This document shows, in pieces, positions 24,411 through 37,424 of a stretch of 64,000 nt of DNA. The first letter of the stretch is position 1. Each line of letters opens with the position of its first letter. A program made the translations under genes and the position numbers. The notes under the pieces are model-generated. The model had not been told where the DNA came from and made no database searches. It saw only the letters and a list, made by a program, of their open reading frames with translations. The DNA is from Octopus sinensis (Eukaryota): the NCBI RefSeq assembly GCF_006345805.1, contig NC_043014.1, forward strand, positions 33,852,001-33,916,000. Reading direction: 5' to 3'.

Positions 24411-24429
24411 TTGGAAAGCGGTTTGGAAG

Positions 24430-24841
24430 TTGTTTTACGCAAGCGAGTCGAGGACCTTCTGTGATTCGTTCTTAATTTCGACATGTGTTAAAACGGCGAC
24501 CTTGTATCTGCATTTTCATTTTAGGGATGAGATGGAAGTCCGCAGCTGCTAAATCTGGAGAATAGAACGGGTGCGGAAGTGATACCATGTTATTTTTGGT
24601 GAGAAACTCACGAATGAGGAGAGTTCAGTGACAAAGTGCATTGTTGGCGTGGATAATCCATTTCTTTGCGCTCCACAGATCCGGTCGCTTTCGCCGAATG
24701 TCCACCCTCCAGCGCTTCAAAACGTCGTTCATTGGCTTCCGACGATCCTCATTTACAAGCTGATGAATTTTCTCTACATTTGCTGCCATCTGTTGGCGCG
24801 CTACAGAATTGGTCCGGGAACTCTTTGATACCACCTTGTAC
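24430..24841 (-). mobile_element. Mariner transposon fragment (internally deleted)
   Basis: [33 protein letters not shown] is a degraded form of mariner VLKRLREAIRRKRP..WILHHDNAPAH. A terminal-like TACAAGGTGGTATCAAAGAGTTCCCGGAC lies at the right end. Confidence 0.7.
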
Positions 24842-24865
24842 ATAGATATATAGATAGAGAAAGAA

Positions 24866-24907
<42 letters not shown>

Positions 24908-24922
24908 GACAGACAGACAGAC

Positions 24923-24995
<73 letters not shown>

Positions 24996-25122
24996 TCAGG
25001 TCATCCCATAAGTTCTGTCCGATGTTGCCTTTTTAAATATATATATATATATATGCATATATATACAGAAATATTAAATTTCTAAATATCTCATAGAGAT
25101 ATGTACGGTGGTGGAACGATAG

Positions 25123-25355
25123 AGTGGTTGTATACTCTCAACTTAACGTGACAGTCCTGTAAGGGAAATACACCACCGCTGTTTAGCCCTCGGAAGCATC
25201 GACGCTTCCTGTCGGCCTTGACACATTTCCTGTATATATAAGGACACAGGAAATGTATCAAGGCCGACAGGAAGCGTCGATGCTTCCTAGGGCTAAACAG
25301 CGGTGGTGTAATTCCCTTACAGGACTGTCACGTTAAGTTGACAGTATACAACGAC

Positions 25356-25356
<1 letters not shown>
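25123..25356. mobile_element. Palindromic MITE-like foldback (~110-bp arms, 12-nt loop)
   Basis: 25127-25233 is the reverse complement of 25246-25352 with about 4 mismatches. The loop is atatataaggac. Confidence 0.9.
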
Positions 25357-25386
<30 letters not shown>

Positions 25387-25395
25387 TTATATATA

Positions 25396-25479
<84 letters not shown>

Positions 25480-25481
<2 letters not shown>

Positions 25482-25785
25482 AGGTGCAATGTCCCAGTGG
25501 TTAGGGTAGCGGACTCGCGGTCGTAGGATCGCGGTTTCGATTCCCAGACCGGGCGTTGTGAGTGTTTATTGAGCGAAAACACCTAAAAGCTCCACGACGC
25601 TCCGGCAGGGGGTGGTGATCCCTGCTGTACTCTTTCACCACTCTTTCTCCCACTCTTTCTTCTGTTGGCCTGCTCGCTTAGCCAGCGGGGTGGCGTCATT
25701 CAAAGGCTAAAACAATGCGAACGCATTGTGACCAGCGATGTGTAAAAACATCTGATGGTCTGGTCGGTCACGTGATCACGTGATA
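25480..25785 (+). mobile_element. tRNA-derived SINE, family 3
   Basis: Full copy from ggaggtgcaatgtcccagtggttagg to ggtcacgtgat. Confidence 0.9.
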
Positions 25786-25794
25786 TATACATAC

Positions 25795-25842
<48 letters not shown>

Positions 25843-26149
25843 ATGTTAGTGTGTTTACGTCCCCGCAACTTAGCGGTTACAAAGAATACTTAGGGTTACA
25901 AAGAACAAGTCCTGTGGTCGATTCGTTCGACTAAAGGTGGTGCTCCAGTATGACCGCAGTCAAATGACTGAAACGAATAAAAGAATAAAAGAACAACACA
26001 CAGAAACGGCTGTTACAGCATCAAAATACTCAAATAACTTGCCTGAGTTAATACCAGTCATGATAGCCATAAAGGATGAGCAACCGTTTCACACTGACCA
26101 ATTTCCATATTTCTTGCTTCCACTATGGACTCCTTCAGAACCTAATGGC

Positions 26150-26705
26150 CACCACCCTCCACCATCCTCAACTACAACGACAATAAACTGCATCAGTAAA
26201 TTTCCACTATTCTACAAACACAAACACACGCACGTGTGCACACCCCTCTGCTTCGAACCTACCCCGACCCCACCAAACTACTATCTCCACTGCCAACCCC
26301 ACCATCACCATCACCACCACCTCCACCGCTGCAGTCATTCCCGCCACTACATCGCCCACATTCCATTTTATCTATCTATGTCATCTGATGCAATAAATAC
26401 CGCAATGACATGTCCCACCGTTGCTACTAACTTTCACAGATGTTTCCCTTCTCCCGTTCTCTCTCTCTTTCTCTCTCTCTCCCGCTCTCTCGTTCTCAGT
26501 CTCTCTCCCTCTGCACACACACACACATACATACACACACACACATTCATAAATGCACACATTTCTAACCTGATTTAGCAACAGAACATCCATACACAGA
26601 CACACAATAGATGCGCGTACGCACCAAATATAAAGACAAGAGTTTAGTAGTGAATAAATTTTGATTATTTCCATTTAGCTAATCTATTACGATTCAATCT
26701 ATATT
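26150..26705 (-). repeat. Segmental duplication copy C (partial; same orientation as B, matches 19730-20250 and 6455-6900)
   Basis: Shares ctgcagtcattcccgccactacatcgcccacattccattttatctatctatgtcatctgatgcaataaatacc. Confidence 0.9.
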
Positions 26706-26707
26706 TA

Positions 26708-27019
26708 TATCACCACCATGATCACCATGATCACCATGACCGACCAGGCTATCAGATGTTGCTACATATCGCTGATCACAATGCGCTTCACATTGTTTTA
26801 GCCTTCACATGATGCCACCCCGCTAGCTACACGAGCAGGCCAACAGAATAAAGAGTGAGAGAAAGAGTACAGCAGGGATCGCCACCACCCCCTGCCGGAG
26901 CCTCGTGGAGCTTTAGATGTTTTTGCTCAATAAACACTCACAACGCCAGACCTGGGAATCGAAACCGCGATCCTACAACCGCTAGTCCGCTGCCCTAACC
27001 ACTGCGCCATTGCGCCTCC
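26708..27019 (-). mobile_element. tRNA-derived SINE, family 3
   Basis: Matches 13915-14225. Confidence 0.9.
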
Positions 27020-27224
27020 ACCTATATTAATATATGTAAATAAAAAAGATGGTGTACTCACAAAGTGGTGTCAGTTTAAAAACGAAATTTCTAAATAGCA
27101 TACAGCAATTAAAGGGTAAAGACCCTCTTTGTTCATGAATGACCATGGGATTGCACCAAGAACGTTCCCATCCGAGGCTCAAGTCCAGGCAAGGTTGTTT
27201 ATGGAAGACCAGCAGTCGCTCACC

Positions 27225-27660
27225 ACCATCAAAATTAACTAAAGCAATTTGGGCTTGTGAGACGCGTTGCACGAAAAATGACAGTACAATCGTCTGAAAA
27301 ACTGACGCGCCTACATTCAGTTTGCTCTGGAATACAAGAACTGTACGCTATCAGACTGGTCGAAGTCTTGTGATTAGATGAATAGAAATGCAATTTGTTT
27401 AGCCTAGACGAATGAGTGTTCGTCTAATGTAGTGTAGAATTCTGCACGGAGTACATGTTTCTGACAAATAAGCAAGGTGATGGCAATGTCAAGTTTGTGG
27501 CTCCATATCTCAAAAAGGAGTTGGTCCCATATATCTTCAACCAAGGATATCGTAAGGAATCCAACTTTTTCTAGAGATCTTGGAAAAGACTATTCTGTTA
27601 TATGCTAAGATTTATTTCGGCCGGTCGTGTATTTTTCAGGAATAATCAAGAAATTTACTA
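27225..27660 (+). mobile_element. Second copy of the decayed Tc1 fragment (paralog of 22320-22760)
   Basis: Shares ctgaaaaactgacgcgcctacattca..aaaaggagttggtcccatatatcttcaacc..ctagagatcttggaaaagact. Confidence 0.8.
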
Positions 27661-27739
27661 AAAGCGAAAGCGCAGCCGTTTAGCACTGGCTAATTCCATT
27701 TTTTTCCTGTTTCCACTATGGCCTCCTTCAGAACCTAAT

Positions 27740-28153
27740 GGCGGCGAGCTGGCAGAAACGTTAGCACGCCGGGCGAAATGCGTAGCCGTATTTCGTCTGT
27801 CGTTACGTCCTGAGTTCAAATTCCGCCGAGGTCGACTTTGCCTTTCATCCTTTCGGGGTCAATAAATTAAGTACCAGTTACGCACTGGGGTCGATGTAAT
27901 CGACTTAATCCGTTTGTCTGTCCTTGTTTGTCCTCTCTGTGTTTAGTCCCTTGTGGGTAGTAAAGAAATAGGTATTTCGTCTGCCGTTACGTTCTGAGTT
28001 CAAATTCCGCCGAGGTCGACTTTGCCTTTCATCCTTTCGGGGTCGATAAATTAAGTACCAGTTACGCACTGGGGTCGATGTAATCGACTTAATCCGTTTG
28101 TCTGTCCTTGTTTGTCCTCTCTGTGTTTAGCCCCTTGTGGGTAGTAAAGAAAT
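27740..28153 (+). mobile_element. Nin-domain tRNA SINE with tandem 3' duplication
   Basis: ggcggcgagctggcagaaacgttagc..gagttcaaattccgccgaggtcgactttgcctttcatcctttcggggtc (Nin-type core). The second unit starts at 27971. Confidence 0.9.
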
Positions 28154-28429
28154 AGGTATAGAAATTGACTGGATAGCTGGGAAAGCGTAACATGTCTTCG
28201 TACGATTAACCACTGCATGTAGGAATGTGTAGTCCTCAGCTAAGCAGAGGCAAGATACACCGAGAAAATTAAATCTGGATCACACTTACATTGCTACCTA
28301 CATGTCAAAGGCCAAGTTGAGCGGAGCTAACCTGCAACAACAACAACAACAACAACAGCAGCAGCAGCGATGACAAAGATGTTTGACAAGAACAACAAAC
28401 ACCTATGGGATTTTAGGAGGCTGTACCTC

Positions 28430-28873
28430 TGAAAAACCTAAACCTTGTGTATAATACGCACCCTTTCTCTAACTTGAGTCAAGGAGGTCTATATAACGTC
28501 CTTGGTTTGTAAAAATGTATACGGTAACATCCTTTGTAATTATTGTATATGTAACATAATGCAAACGTGTAGCATTTTTGTGCATTTTGTTTGCAGAAAG
28601 TAAAGAAATAACAGTAATAACGTTTAATAAATGTTGCTTACTGCAAGTTATGGATGATTCTTTTATGACATCATTGCTTTCAGGCTGAGCTTAAGGTATT
28701 TTCGCGCCCGACATCACAAAATGCGCCTGAATAAACATTGCCGGACAGCAAATAGAGACTCGGACATTGCTTAGAAAATAATTTTCATTTTTAACCTCGT
28801 ATATAGTACGCACTAGGGATTTTGACCTTTAGATCTGGGGGAAAATGCGGATTATACTCGAGGATTTATGGTA
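28430..28873. mobile_element. Possible pogo/Tigger-type non-autonomous remnant
   Basis: The right end reads TACCATAAATCCTCGAGTATAATCCGCA on the minus strand. A partial gtgtataatacgcaccc lies at the left. Confidence 0.4.
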
Positions 28874-28879
28874 ACCCTT

Positions 28880-29097
28880 TCTACTATAGGCACAAGGCCT
28901 AAAATTTGGTGGAAGTGGCTAGTCGATTACATCAACCCCAGTACTCAACTGGTATTTATTTTATCAACTCCAAAAGGATGAAATGCAAAGTCGACCTATG
29001 CGGAATTTGAACTCAGAAGGTAAAGACGGACAAAATGCCGCTAAGTATTTCTAAGTATTTTTCCGGTGTGCTAACTATTCAGCCATATCGCCGCCTA
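28880..29097 (-). mobile_element. Older Nin-domain SINE
   Basis: ggatgaaatgcaaagtcgacc..ggaatttgaactcaga. Other diverged copies lie at ~33690-33850, 34240-34450, 46170-46370, 51770-51980, 53170-53360 and 59380-59545. Confidence 0.75.
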
Positions 29098-29564
29098 AAT
29101 AACAACAAACAACAATAACGCACCAATGCCACATGACCATCTAATGTATTTTCACATCCCCACACAATATTTTTGGCTGTATGCATGGCTGTGTAGTTTA
29201 TAAAATTCGTTTCACAACTACATGGTTTGGGATTCGATTCAACTGTATGACACCTTAAGCAAGTGTTTTCTATCACAATTTCTGGTTGGGCAAAGCCTCG
29301 TGAGTGAAATTTTCTAGACGGCAAGTGCATGAAAGCCAGTACGAAAAATAGCTTCAGATTATTTCAAGACTAGATCAATGCCCTTAATGTTAAAGTTACT
29401 GAAATAGGATTACACTGTATTTCGATACTAACCAAAATACACACCTCTTTAACAACACAAAACGATGGCTAGTGGACTGTAACCTACATAAAGTACAAAC
29501 CTACATAGAGAACAATAACCCTACGTAACCGTTCAACCAGCAAAGAATAACTGACAACTCTCTT

Positions 29565-30110
29565 TACTCTTTTACTTGTTTCAGTCATTTGGCTCTGGCC
29601 ATGCTGGAGCACCGTCTTTAGTCGAGCAAATCGACCCCAGGACTTATTCTTTGAAAGCCTAGTACTTATTCTATCGGTCTTTTTTGCCGAACTGCTAAGT
29701 TACGGGGACGTAAACACACAAGCATCAGTTGTCAAGTGATGTTGGGGGGACAGACAGACATACAAACGTATACACACACACAGATACATATATATATATA
29801 TATATATAACATATATATATATATATATAAGGATAAGATCGTTAATTTATATTAACTAACGATCTTATCAAGTGGCAAGCATGGAAATAAAAACCTTCAA
29901 AGGTAATAATTATATGTGTGTGTGTGTGTGTGTGTGTTTATATATATACGACAGGCTTCTTTCAGTTACCGTCTACCAAATCCCTTACAAGGCTTTGGTC
30001 GGCCCGAGGCTATAGTAGAAGACACTTGCCCAAAGTTCCACGCAGTGGGACTGAACCCGGAATCATGTAGTTCGTAAGCAAGCTATTTACCACACAGACA
30101 CTCCTACGCC
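29565..30110 (-). mobile_element. SINE family 2, full length
   Basis: Runs from the tail ctcttttacttgtttcagtcattt to the head cacacagacactcctacgcc. Confidence 0.9.
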
Positions 30111-30339
30111 AAATGGGAAAAAGAAAAAGAAATGGAGAGCGTTAGATAATCTAATCTGGGGTACACTATCCTGAAAAAAATAAGATATATTTCTTTATTA
30201 CCATAGTTAGACTGTGTTTAATCGTAGATCTACTCAATGAGGACTGACTTGGAGTTAAATAAAACATAAATTATTTTAGAGTGACACCACAAACGAAGGG
30301 TCCTCTACATGATTGTTCGATCTGTTAGAAATTGCAGCC

Positions 30340-30965
30340 AAGGCAGCGAGCTGGCAGAAACGTTAGCACGCCGGGCGAAATGCTTAGCGGTATTTCGTCT
30401 GCCGCTACGTTCTGAGTTCAAATTCCGCCGAGGTCGACTTTGCCTTTCATCCTTTCGGGCTCGATTAAATAAGTACCAGTTTCGCACTGGGGTCGATATA
30501 ATCGACTTAATCCGTTTGTTCCCTCCTTGTTCGTCCCCTCTGTGTTTAGCCCCTTGTGGGTAGTAAAGAAATAGGTATTTCGTCTGTCGTTAGGTTCTGA
30601 GTTCAAATTCCGCCGAGGTCGACTTTGCCTTTCATCCTTTCGGGGGTCGATAAATTAAGTACTAGTTACGCACTGGGGTCGATATAATCGACTTAATCCC
30701 TTTGTATGTCCTTATTTGTCCCCTCTGTATGTAACCCCTTGTGTGCAGTAAAGAAATAAGAAACGTTTGCACACCGGGCGAAATGCTTAGCGGTTACGTT
30801 CTAAGTTCAAATTCCGCTGAGGTCAACTTTACCTTTCATCCTTTCGGGGTCGATAAATTAGGTATCAGTTACGCACTGGGGTCGACGTAATCGACTTAAT
30901 CCCTTTGTCTGTCCTTGTTTGTTCCCTCTATGTTTAGCTCCTTGTGAGCAATAAAGAAATAAGAA
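30340..30965 (+). mobile_element. Nin-domain SINE trimer (one full unit plus two 5'-truncated tandem units)
   Basis: Units start at about 30340, 30574 and 30761. Confidence 0.9.
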
Positions 30966-31909
30966 ATTGCAGCCAAGTCTCACACAGTCTTGGAAAACTA
31001 AAGGACACGTTCGTTATCGTAGTCGTACATATCTTTAAAAATAACGGATGGTGACCGCTGAAGTAACTTTTATTATATGTCTATTTGATCATGGTTGACT
31101 CGGGGCTAAACAACAACAACAACATCAATACTTCACTGCTATTTACACAAAACATTGAACATTTACAAAGCAAACCAAGAACAGATGACATATAACCAAA
31201 TTACCTCTCGGTCTTTCACTCGATTCAACATTCAAGAAAAATAGCATAACTATCACAGTAATCTACAAACAACGCTTCAGATTCTTCGTAAATTATACCA
31301 GTTCCACCGACGGCCTCTGTTATAAATAGCAAGCTGAAACTGACACAGTAAACTCTATAACTTCAGATCATTTTCAAGATTAGATCAATGTCCTCCTCAA
31401 ACACAAGATTACTAAAATAAGGTTACGTTGTATTTCGACACCAGCCTAAACGTACATCTCTAACTCATATCGCAAAATGATGACTGGCGAACTACGACCT
31501 ACATAAAGTACAATAACTCCACATAAAATAAACTTACATAAAGTACAACTAGCGTCAAGAATCTGTATTAGAAGACACACGGGTGTCTTCTAATCTATTC
31601 TTTTTAAACTGTATCCACACGAGCTTACCACACTTTCACAAAATATACACATAATTGTTCACAGATAGTAATCGCACCCTAAACAGAATTCCACACACAA
31701 AAAAAATAGATTAACAATGAAAGCTTATTATTAACAATATAGTAACCAGAAATCAATACACATGCACCATACATTAAATAAACTATAAAAATTATGAGGA
31801 GTTAATCGCTAGGCATTTTTTTAAAAATCTAGCCATGACGATTAAGTGCGGGATCGATGTAATCGACTCTCCCACTAACGTCGAAATTGGTCTTGTGACT
31901 AAATCAATA

Positions 31910-31943
<34 letters not shown>

Positions 31944-32050
31944 TTGAGTGAGAGAGCAGTGCATGACATCAAAGTGACACTGAGGTAAAATATACGAAGC
32001 TCAGTATACCCATCATGACTACCCGTCTGATAAGGGTACACCAGAGTCCA

Positions 32051-32099
<49 letters not shown>

Positions 32100-33596
32100 T
32101 ATTATTATTTACAGTATGCATACTTATTACGATCACTCGCCGAGACACACCCAGTGTCCGAGGGCGAGTGAAGTATAAGAGATGTTATAGTATGACTGAT
32201 ATAATTATTATTCAGTAGTCTTATTCTTATCACGTGCTTTCAATGCTCTACCGAGCGCAGCTCAGTGTGCCTTGGGTACATGCTGTGGTTTGTTGTGATC
32301 CTCTTATTTATATTGTATTGAAAGTGTTTTGCGTAGGATGTGTGCGGTTCCCAGTAGTGCTATTTTCTGTATGTTATAAATATTTGTTAGTTCTGGTGTT
32401 TTTTGTTATGTATTTGTCTGAATATTTTCTTATCATACCCAATGCGTCTACTATGAGAGGAAATGTTTCTGTTTTTGGGCTCCACATTCGAGTTACCTCT
32501 CTTTCCAGATCTTTGTATTTTGAAAGTTTCTCCGTTTTTTTATTTAGAGAAACATTGTCATCTGTTGGTATTGATACATCGACTAGAAAGCATTTTTTCT
32601 TGGTGATTTCTGACGACTAAATTAGGCCTATTGTCCTTAATTTCTCTATTTGTGTGTATTGGCATATCCCATAGTATGGTTGCTTTCTCATTTTCTGTGA
32701 CCTTTATAGGCGGGTGCCTATACTATATTTTTTCTGTTGTTATTCCATAGTGTTGGCATAGATTCCAGTATATATAGGTCCCAACTTTGTCGTGTCTGTG
32801 AATATATTCCTTCTTAGCCAGGACTGGGTAGCCAAGACTGGGTAGCCAGGACTGGGTAGCCAGAGACAATATGATTTATTGTTTCTTGTAGTTACTTGTA
32901 TTTCTTTTCACTACATGTTTTTGGTGGTTTCTGGTGGGAAGGCTTAGGTCTTGCGCTGCAATTAAAAATCCTTCAATCTTTGTTTTGGTCCTGAGCTTCT
33001 CAACTATTGTTGGCATTTTGCATTGCCTATTTCTTTTCTGCTTAGTTTAACCCAGTATTTGCCATGAAGGGGCTTTTCTTACCATCGTTTCATCTTGAAC
33101 CGTTGATGTTCCAGTTTGGATTTCAGTTGTTTTACAGTTTTTGTTGTTTCTTCTTTTTCTTCATGGTTGTTAGGTACTATGACTTCTTTTTTTTTTGCAT
33201 TTGTCAGCTTCCTTAAAGACTGAAAACAGTCTGATAAAGGTACGCCAGGCACATGCATCACAACTATGTGTGCGCGACATGGTGATCTCATATAAAGATA
33301 AACAGTGCATGACCTTGCAGGTGGAGCCCAATTAGAATTTTCTTCGGGTCGAATAGCTCATCCTGCTTAAACGCCCTCTGAATAAGAGTTACTTCTGCTC
33401 GTGATCAGAGATGCACATATCGTCAGCCAGTAAGGGACATGTTCAACTGGTTATGGTCAAACAAGTGACAAGCAAATCTATGGTATTGAGTATATTTGCT
33501 GTAGCCCATCTTTTATACCAAGACGAAACATGATAACACTTCCAGTCAGTTAAGATCATAAGCCATGAGAGCCACTGTCTGATACTGCATCAGAGC

Positions 33597-33600
<4 letters not shown>
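31944..33600. mobile_element. Copy 2 of the microsatellite-embedded element (see 3530-4094), split by a LINE insertion
   Basis: The 5' part is 31944-32044 and the 3' part is 33230-33600. It is flanked by (TAC)n and (TAT)n. Confidence 0.85.
32045..33229 (-). mobile_element. 5'-truncated Dong/R4-type LINE (REL endonuclease end, 3' UTR, (TAA)n tail) with 19-bp TSD
   Basis: The minus strand gives ETINHIVSG.PVLA..EKLSKYKDLEREVTRMW..ETFPLIVDALG. The TSD is tctgataagggtacaccag (32026-32044) and tctgataaaggtacgccag (33230-33248). Confidence 0.85.
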
Positions 33601-33650
<50 letters not shown>

Positions 33651-34499
33651 CATCATTATTATTATTATTATTATTATTCGGTGTACTGGTAAAATCATTT
33701 ATTCGCCGGACAAAATGCTTCGCGGCATTTCGTCTGTCTTTACGTTCCGAGTTCAAATTCCGCCGAGACCGACTTTTTCCGATCATTGGATTCGATGTGA
33801 TCGACTAACACCCTCCCCGCAAAATTCCAGGCCTTGTGGTTATAGTAGAAAGGATTATTGTTGTTGCTTGCTCAGCATTACATTGTTGATCTACTGGTAT
33901 GGATTACTAAGTATGAAGTTGTATTCTGAAACCTTAGATATCTGGCACCCTTCTTATATTCCTTGATATGTCTAATAAACAGGCTTTCTGCTAATCATGA
34001 AATTCATCTTGATATTCTACATCCTCAATCAACCATTCAAACTTCTTAAAGTTTTTCCTAAGACTATTATTTCAGTCGAGATAAGACTAACGCTATTGCA
34101 ATTCCAGATTCTTTTAAGTTTTATATTAGGTTCAAGTATTCTTTCCCCACTCTTGTGTGCCTGAAACATCAATTAAACAATGCACACTTCTTCAATGAGT
34201 ACAGCAATGTCTGGACGTTAATATTCTATTTGCCGTTTAAGGCGGCGAGCTGGCAGAATCGTTAACACGCAGGGCAAAATGCTTAGCGGAATTTCGTCCG
34301 TCTTCACGTTCTGAATTCAAGTTCTTCCCAAGTTGACTTTGCCTTTCATCCTGTCAGGGTCAATAAAATAAGTACCATTTGAGCACTGAGATCGATTTAA
34401 TCGTCTAGGCCCCTTTCCTGAAATTGCTAGCATTGTGCCAAAATTTGAAACCAATATTCTATTTGCCTATTCGTAGTGGATTAACTAGTGCATTAATGA

Positions 34500-36260
34500 G
34501 TAAAGTGTTAGGGAAAATGCCGAATTGGAAGGTCCCGGGACCAGATTTAGTTCAAGAGTACTGGCTAAAGAAATTCAGTAGTTTACACGGGAGGCTGAGG
34601 GAACAACTTCAGGATTGCATTGATGGAGAGGGAGGACAATACTCATTATGAAGCTGTTAACAAGAATGCTTTCAGAAAGCATTTACAAGCATCTTGAGAA
34701 CCAGAATTTACTACCAGAAGAACAGAAATGTTGCAGGAAGAAGGCTAGAGAAACACATGATCTATTATACATAGACAAAGCAATTCTAAATGAAGTAAAA
34801 GCTAGGAAGGAAAATCTAACAATAGCATGGATAAATTATAGGAAAGTCTATGACATGATCCTGCACTCATGGATAAGTGAATGTCTGAGTATATTCAGTA
34901 TAACAGACAACATAAGAGAATTAATTAGCTTTAGCATGAAGAAATGGAAAGTAGATCTCTACTCAGGTGACAGTCTTAGGGAAAATTAATATCAAAAGAG
35001 GAATTTTCCAAGGGGACTCGTTGTCCCCTTTAATATTTGTCTTATGTTCAATCCCCCCTCTGTTTAGTATTAAGGAAGGCAAAGGCAGGTTATCAGTTCA
35101 GAAATAGTATTGGAAATATTAACCATTTGCTCTGCATGGATGATCTGAAGCTTTTTAGAAAAAATGAAAAAGATATAGATTCCTTGATACAGACTGTAAG
35201 ACTCTTCAGCAAAGATAAAGGCATGCAACTTGGCGTAGACAAGTGTGCAATATTAGTCATGAGAAGGGGACAGCCAAGGCATCCAATTACCAGATGGCCA
35301 GACATTAAAATCATTGAAAGGAGGAGAGAGTTATGAGTATCTTAGAGTATTACAATGTGACAGAGTATTAATTACAGAAAGGAAAACGAAAATTGAGGAG
35401 TACATCAGAATGGTGAGGAAGCTAATGAAGTCAAAGCTAAATGGTCCGAATCTAGTGAAGGCTGTAAATACTTAGATACTCAGCAACTTTTGTAAATTGG
35501 ACAAAAAGCTAGACAGAAGAACTAGGAAGGAATTCAATATGAATGGGGGATTCCAACTAAGGGCAAGAGTAGCAAGATTATAACTACCTAGAAAGGAAGG
35601 TGGAAGAGGGTTAATATCAGTGGAAGACTCTGTGGAGTTAGCTAGAGTAGATATAGACTCCTATGTAGGTAACAGTGAAGCAAGTTTATTAGAAGCTGAT
35701 AGAGCCACAACAAGACATAGAGAAACCAAAACACCAAACGAACTTAAAAACCTGAAGAAAGGACAGGAATTATCTGACTGATAGGAGAAGGCGTTACATG
35801 GTAGATTCTCAAAGATAGTTTCAGCAAATAGTAGTAGTGAGACATGGTTATGGCTGCAGAAAGGAAAGCTGAAGAGGGAGACAGAAAGTTTGTTAGTAGC
35901 TGCATAAGATCAAGCATTAAGAACTAATTGTATAAAAGCCAAAATAGACAAAAACTAAGTAGATTCCCAATGTAGATTATGTAAATAAATCAAAAGACAA
36001 AGGCGTTACTCATATAGTAAGTGAATGTAGCTTACTGGCACAGAAAAAATACAAGAAAAGACATGACAATCTAGGGAGAGCAATCCACTGGGAGTTATGT
36101 AGAAAGCTAAGATTTGAACATACTGATAAATGGTGTGAACATGAACCTAGTAAAGTACTAGAAAGTAAGAAATACAAGATGTAGAACTTTAACATTCAGA
36201 ATAACTAATAGAAGCTAGAAGGCCTGATTTGGTAGTGGTAGTAGATAAAGAGAATAGAAC
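34500..36260 (+). mobile_element. Decayed Dong/R4-clade LINE (RT and REL domain)
   Basis: NWKVPGPDLVQEYWLKK, LLPEEQKCC, RGIFQGDSLSPL, NHLLCMDDLKLF, LPRKEGGRGL, CRLCK, IEARRPDLVVV. There are many stops and frameshifts. Confidence 0.9.
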
Positions 36261-36869
36261 GATTGGACAAGTTGTATCAAATTAATGATATAACATGGAA
36301 ATACAAGTTGCCAAAATTCATCAGTGAAAATCCGAAAAAATTTTGACTCAGACTGGTATATAACAAAATTGCTCCTATTACAGCTCGCAGTTTATGTTTA
36401 AGGGCAATTAACTTGGTAGGGAACGAGGATATCTGTACTAAGAAAAATAATGAATTTTTAATTTTACAAATTCATAGATACGCAAACTTAAATTTCTATT
36501 TTGGTCTAAATCTTAAACCATATTTTATTCCCATACGGATTTTTTGAGATTGTTAATCAGCAGGTGGTTTCAAGCTTGAATGCTGGCAAGTGCTTTTCGC
36601 ACTCCTGAAATAGAAGGAGGGAGATTTAACCCATCAAAATTTAAGTACCATTGCCGGTTCTGGGAGCCTAGCTACTTGATCTTTTTTCATATCTTATTTT
36701 GTGTTTCTATATCCCAAACGTTAGCAACACTAATCTTATCTTCGGTTTAATATAAACACAACAAAACAGACAGACGGACGGACAAACCGACGAACGAACG
36801 GACGGTAGAGAGGTTGGGCAAGGTAGTAGGTTCGCTAATGTTTCTACTAGCGTCCAGCCTAGAGATTAA

Positions 36870-37045
36870 CAATATTTATTTCTTTATTGCCCACAGGGGG
36901 ATAAACATAGAGGGGACAAACAAAGGGATTAAGTCGATTACATCGACCCCAGTGCGCAACTGGTACTTATTTAATCGTCCCCGAAAGGATGAAAGGCAAA
37001 GTCGACCTCGGCGGAATTTGAACTCAGACGAAATACTGCTAAGAG
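36870..37045 (-). mobile_element. Nin-domain SINE fragment
   Basis: Reverse complement of the Nin core and tail. Confidence 0.85.
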
Positions 37046-37424
37046 ATTGAACACGAACCATCGAAGAAGCTTGTATAAGGTGATTTGATACACTAGAAAT
37101 AACAACCAAATCTTCCTGAAATTACAATAACATTAAATACACGGACGATAAAAAATGTTCTTTGCATATTTTGTCCCTGTTCGTTTGCCAAGCACTGGTG
37201 TATACTGGATACATTTTTATCGTGACACTTGGTCTAGAGAAGCTGCTTTGTCCCCTGCAAGATTAATAAACCTATACTCTCTATCCTATACTGAGTTCGT
37301 TCGTTCGTTCGTTAAAGTGATGGTTCTCAAACTTTTCGAATGAAACGCACTGAAGATCAATTTTTGTCCCTTAATTCCGATGATGCACAGACCTGCAGAT
37401 GTCTCAATTTCATGTTATTTCTAA

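Noticed and set aside
25480-25560. Functional tRNA genes here and at 14150-14225, 15541-15608, 47800-47867, 48135-48210 and 60296-60370
   Set aside because: These are SINE heads. They have A/B boxes, but the acceptor stems are incomplete and they continue into SINE bodies.
27740-30965. CRISPR-like repeat-spacer array
   Set aside because: The units are ~190-230 bp SINE multimers without unique spacers, and the context is eukaryotic.
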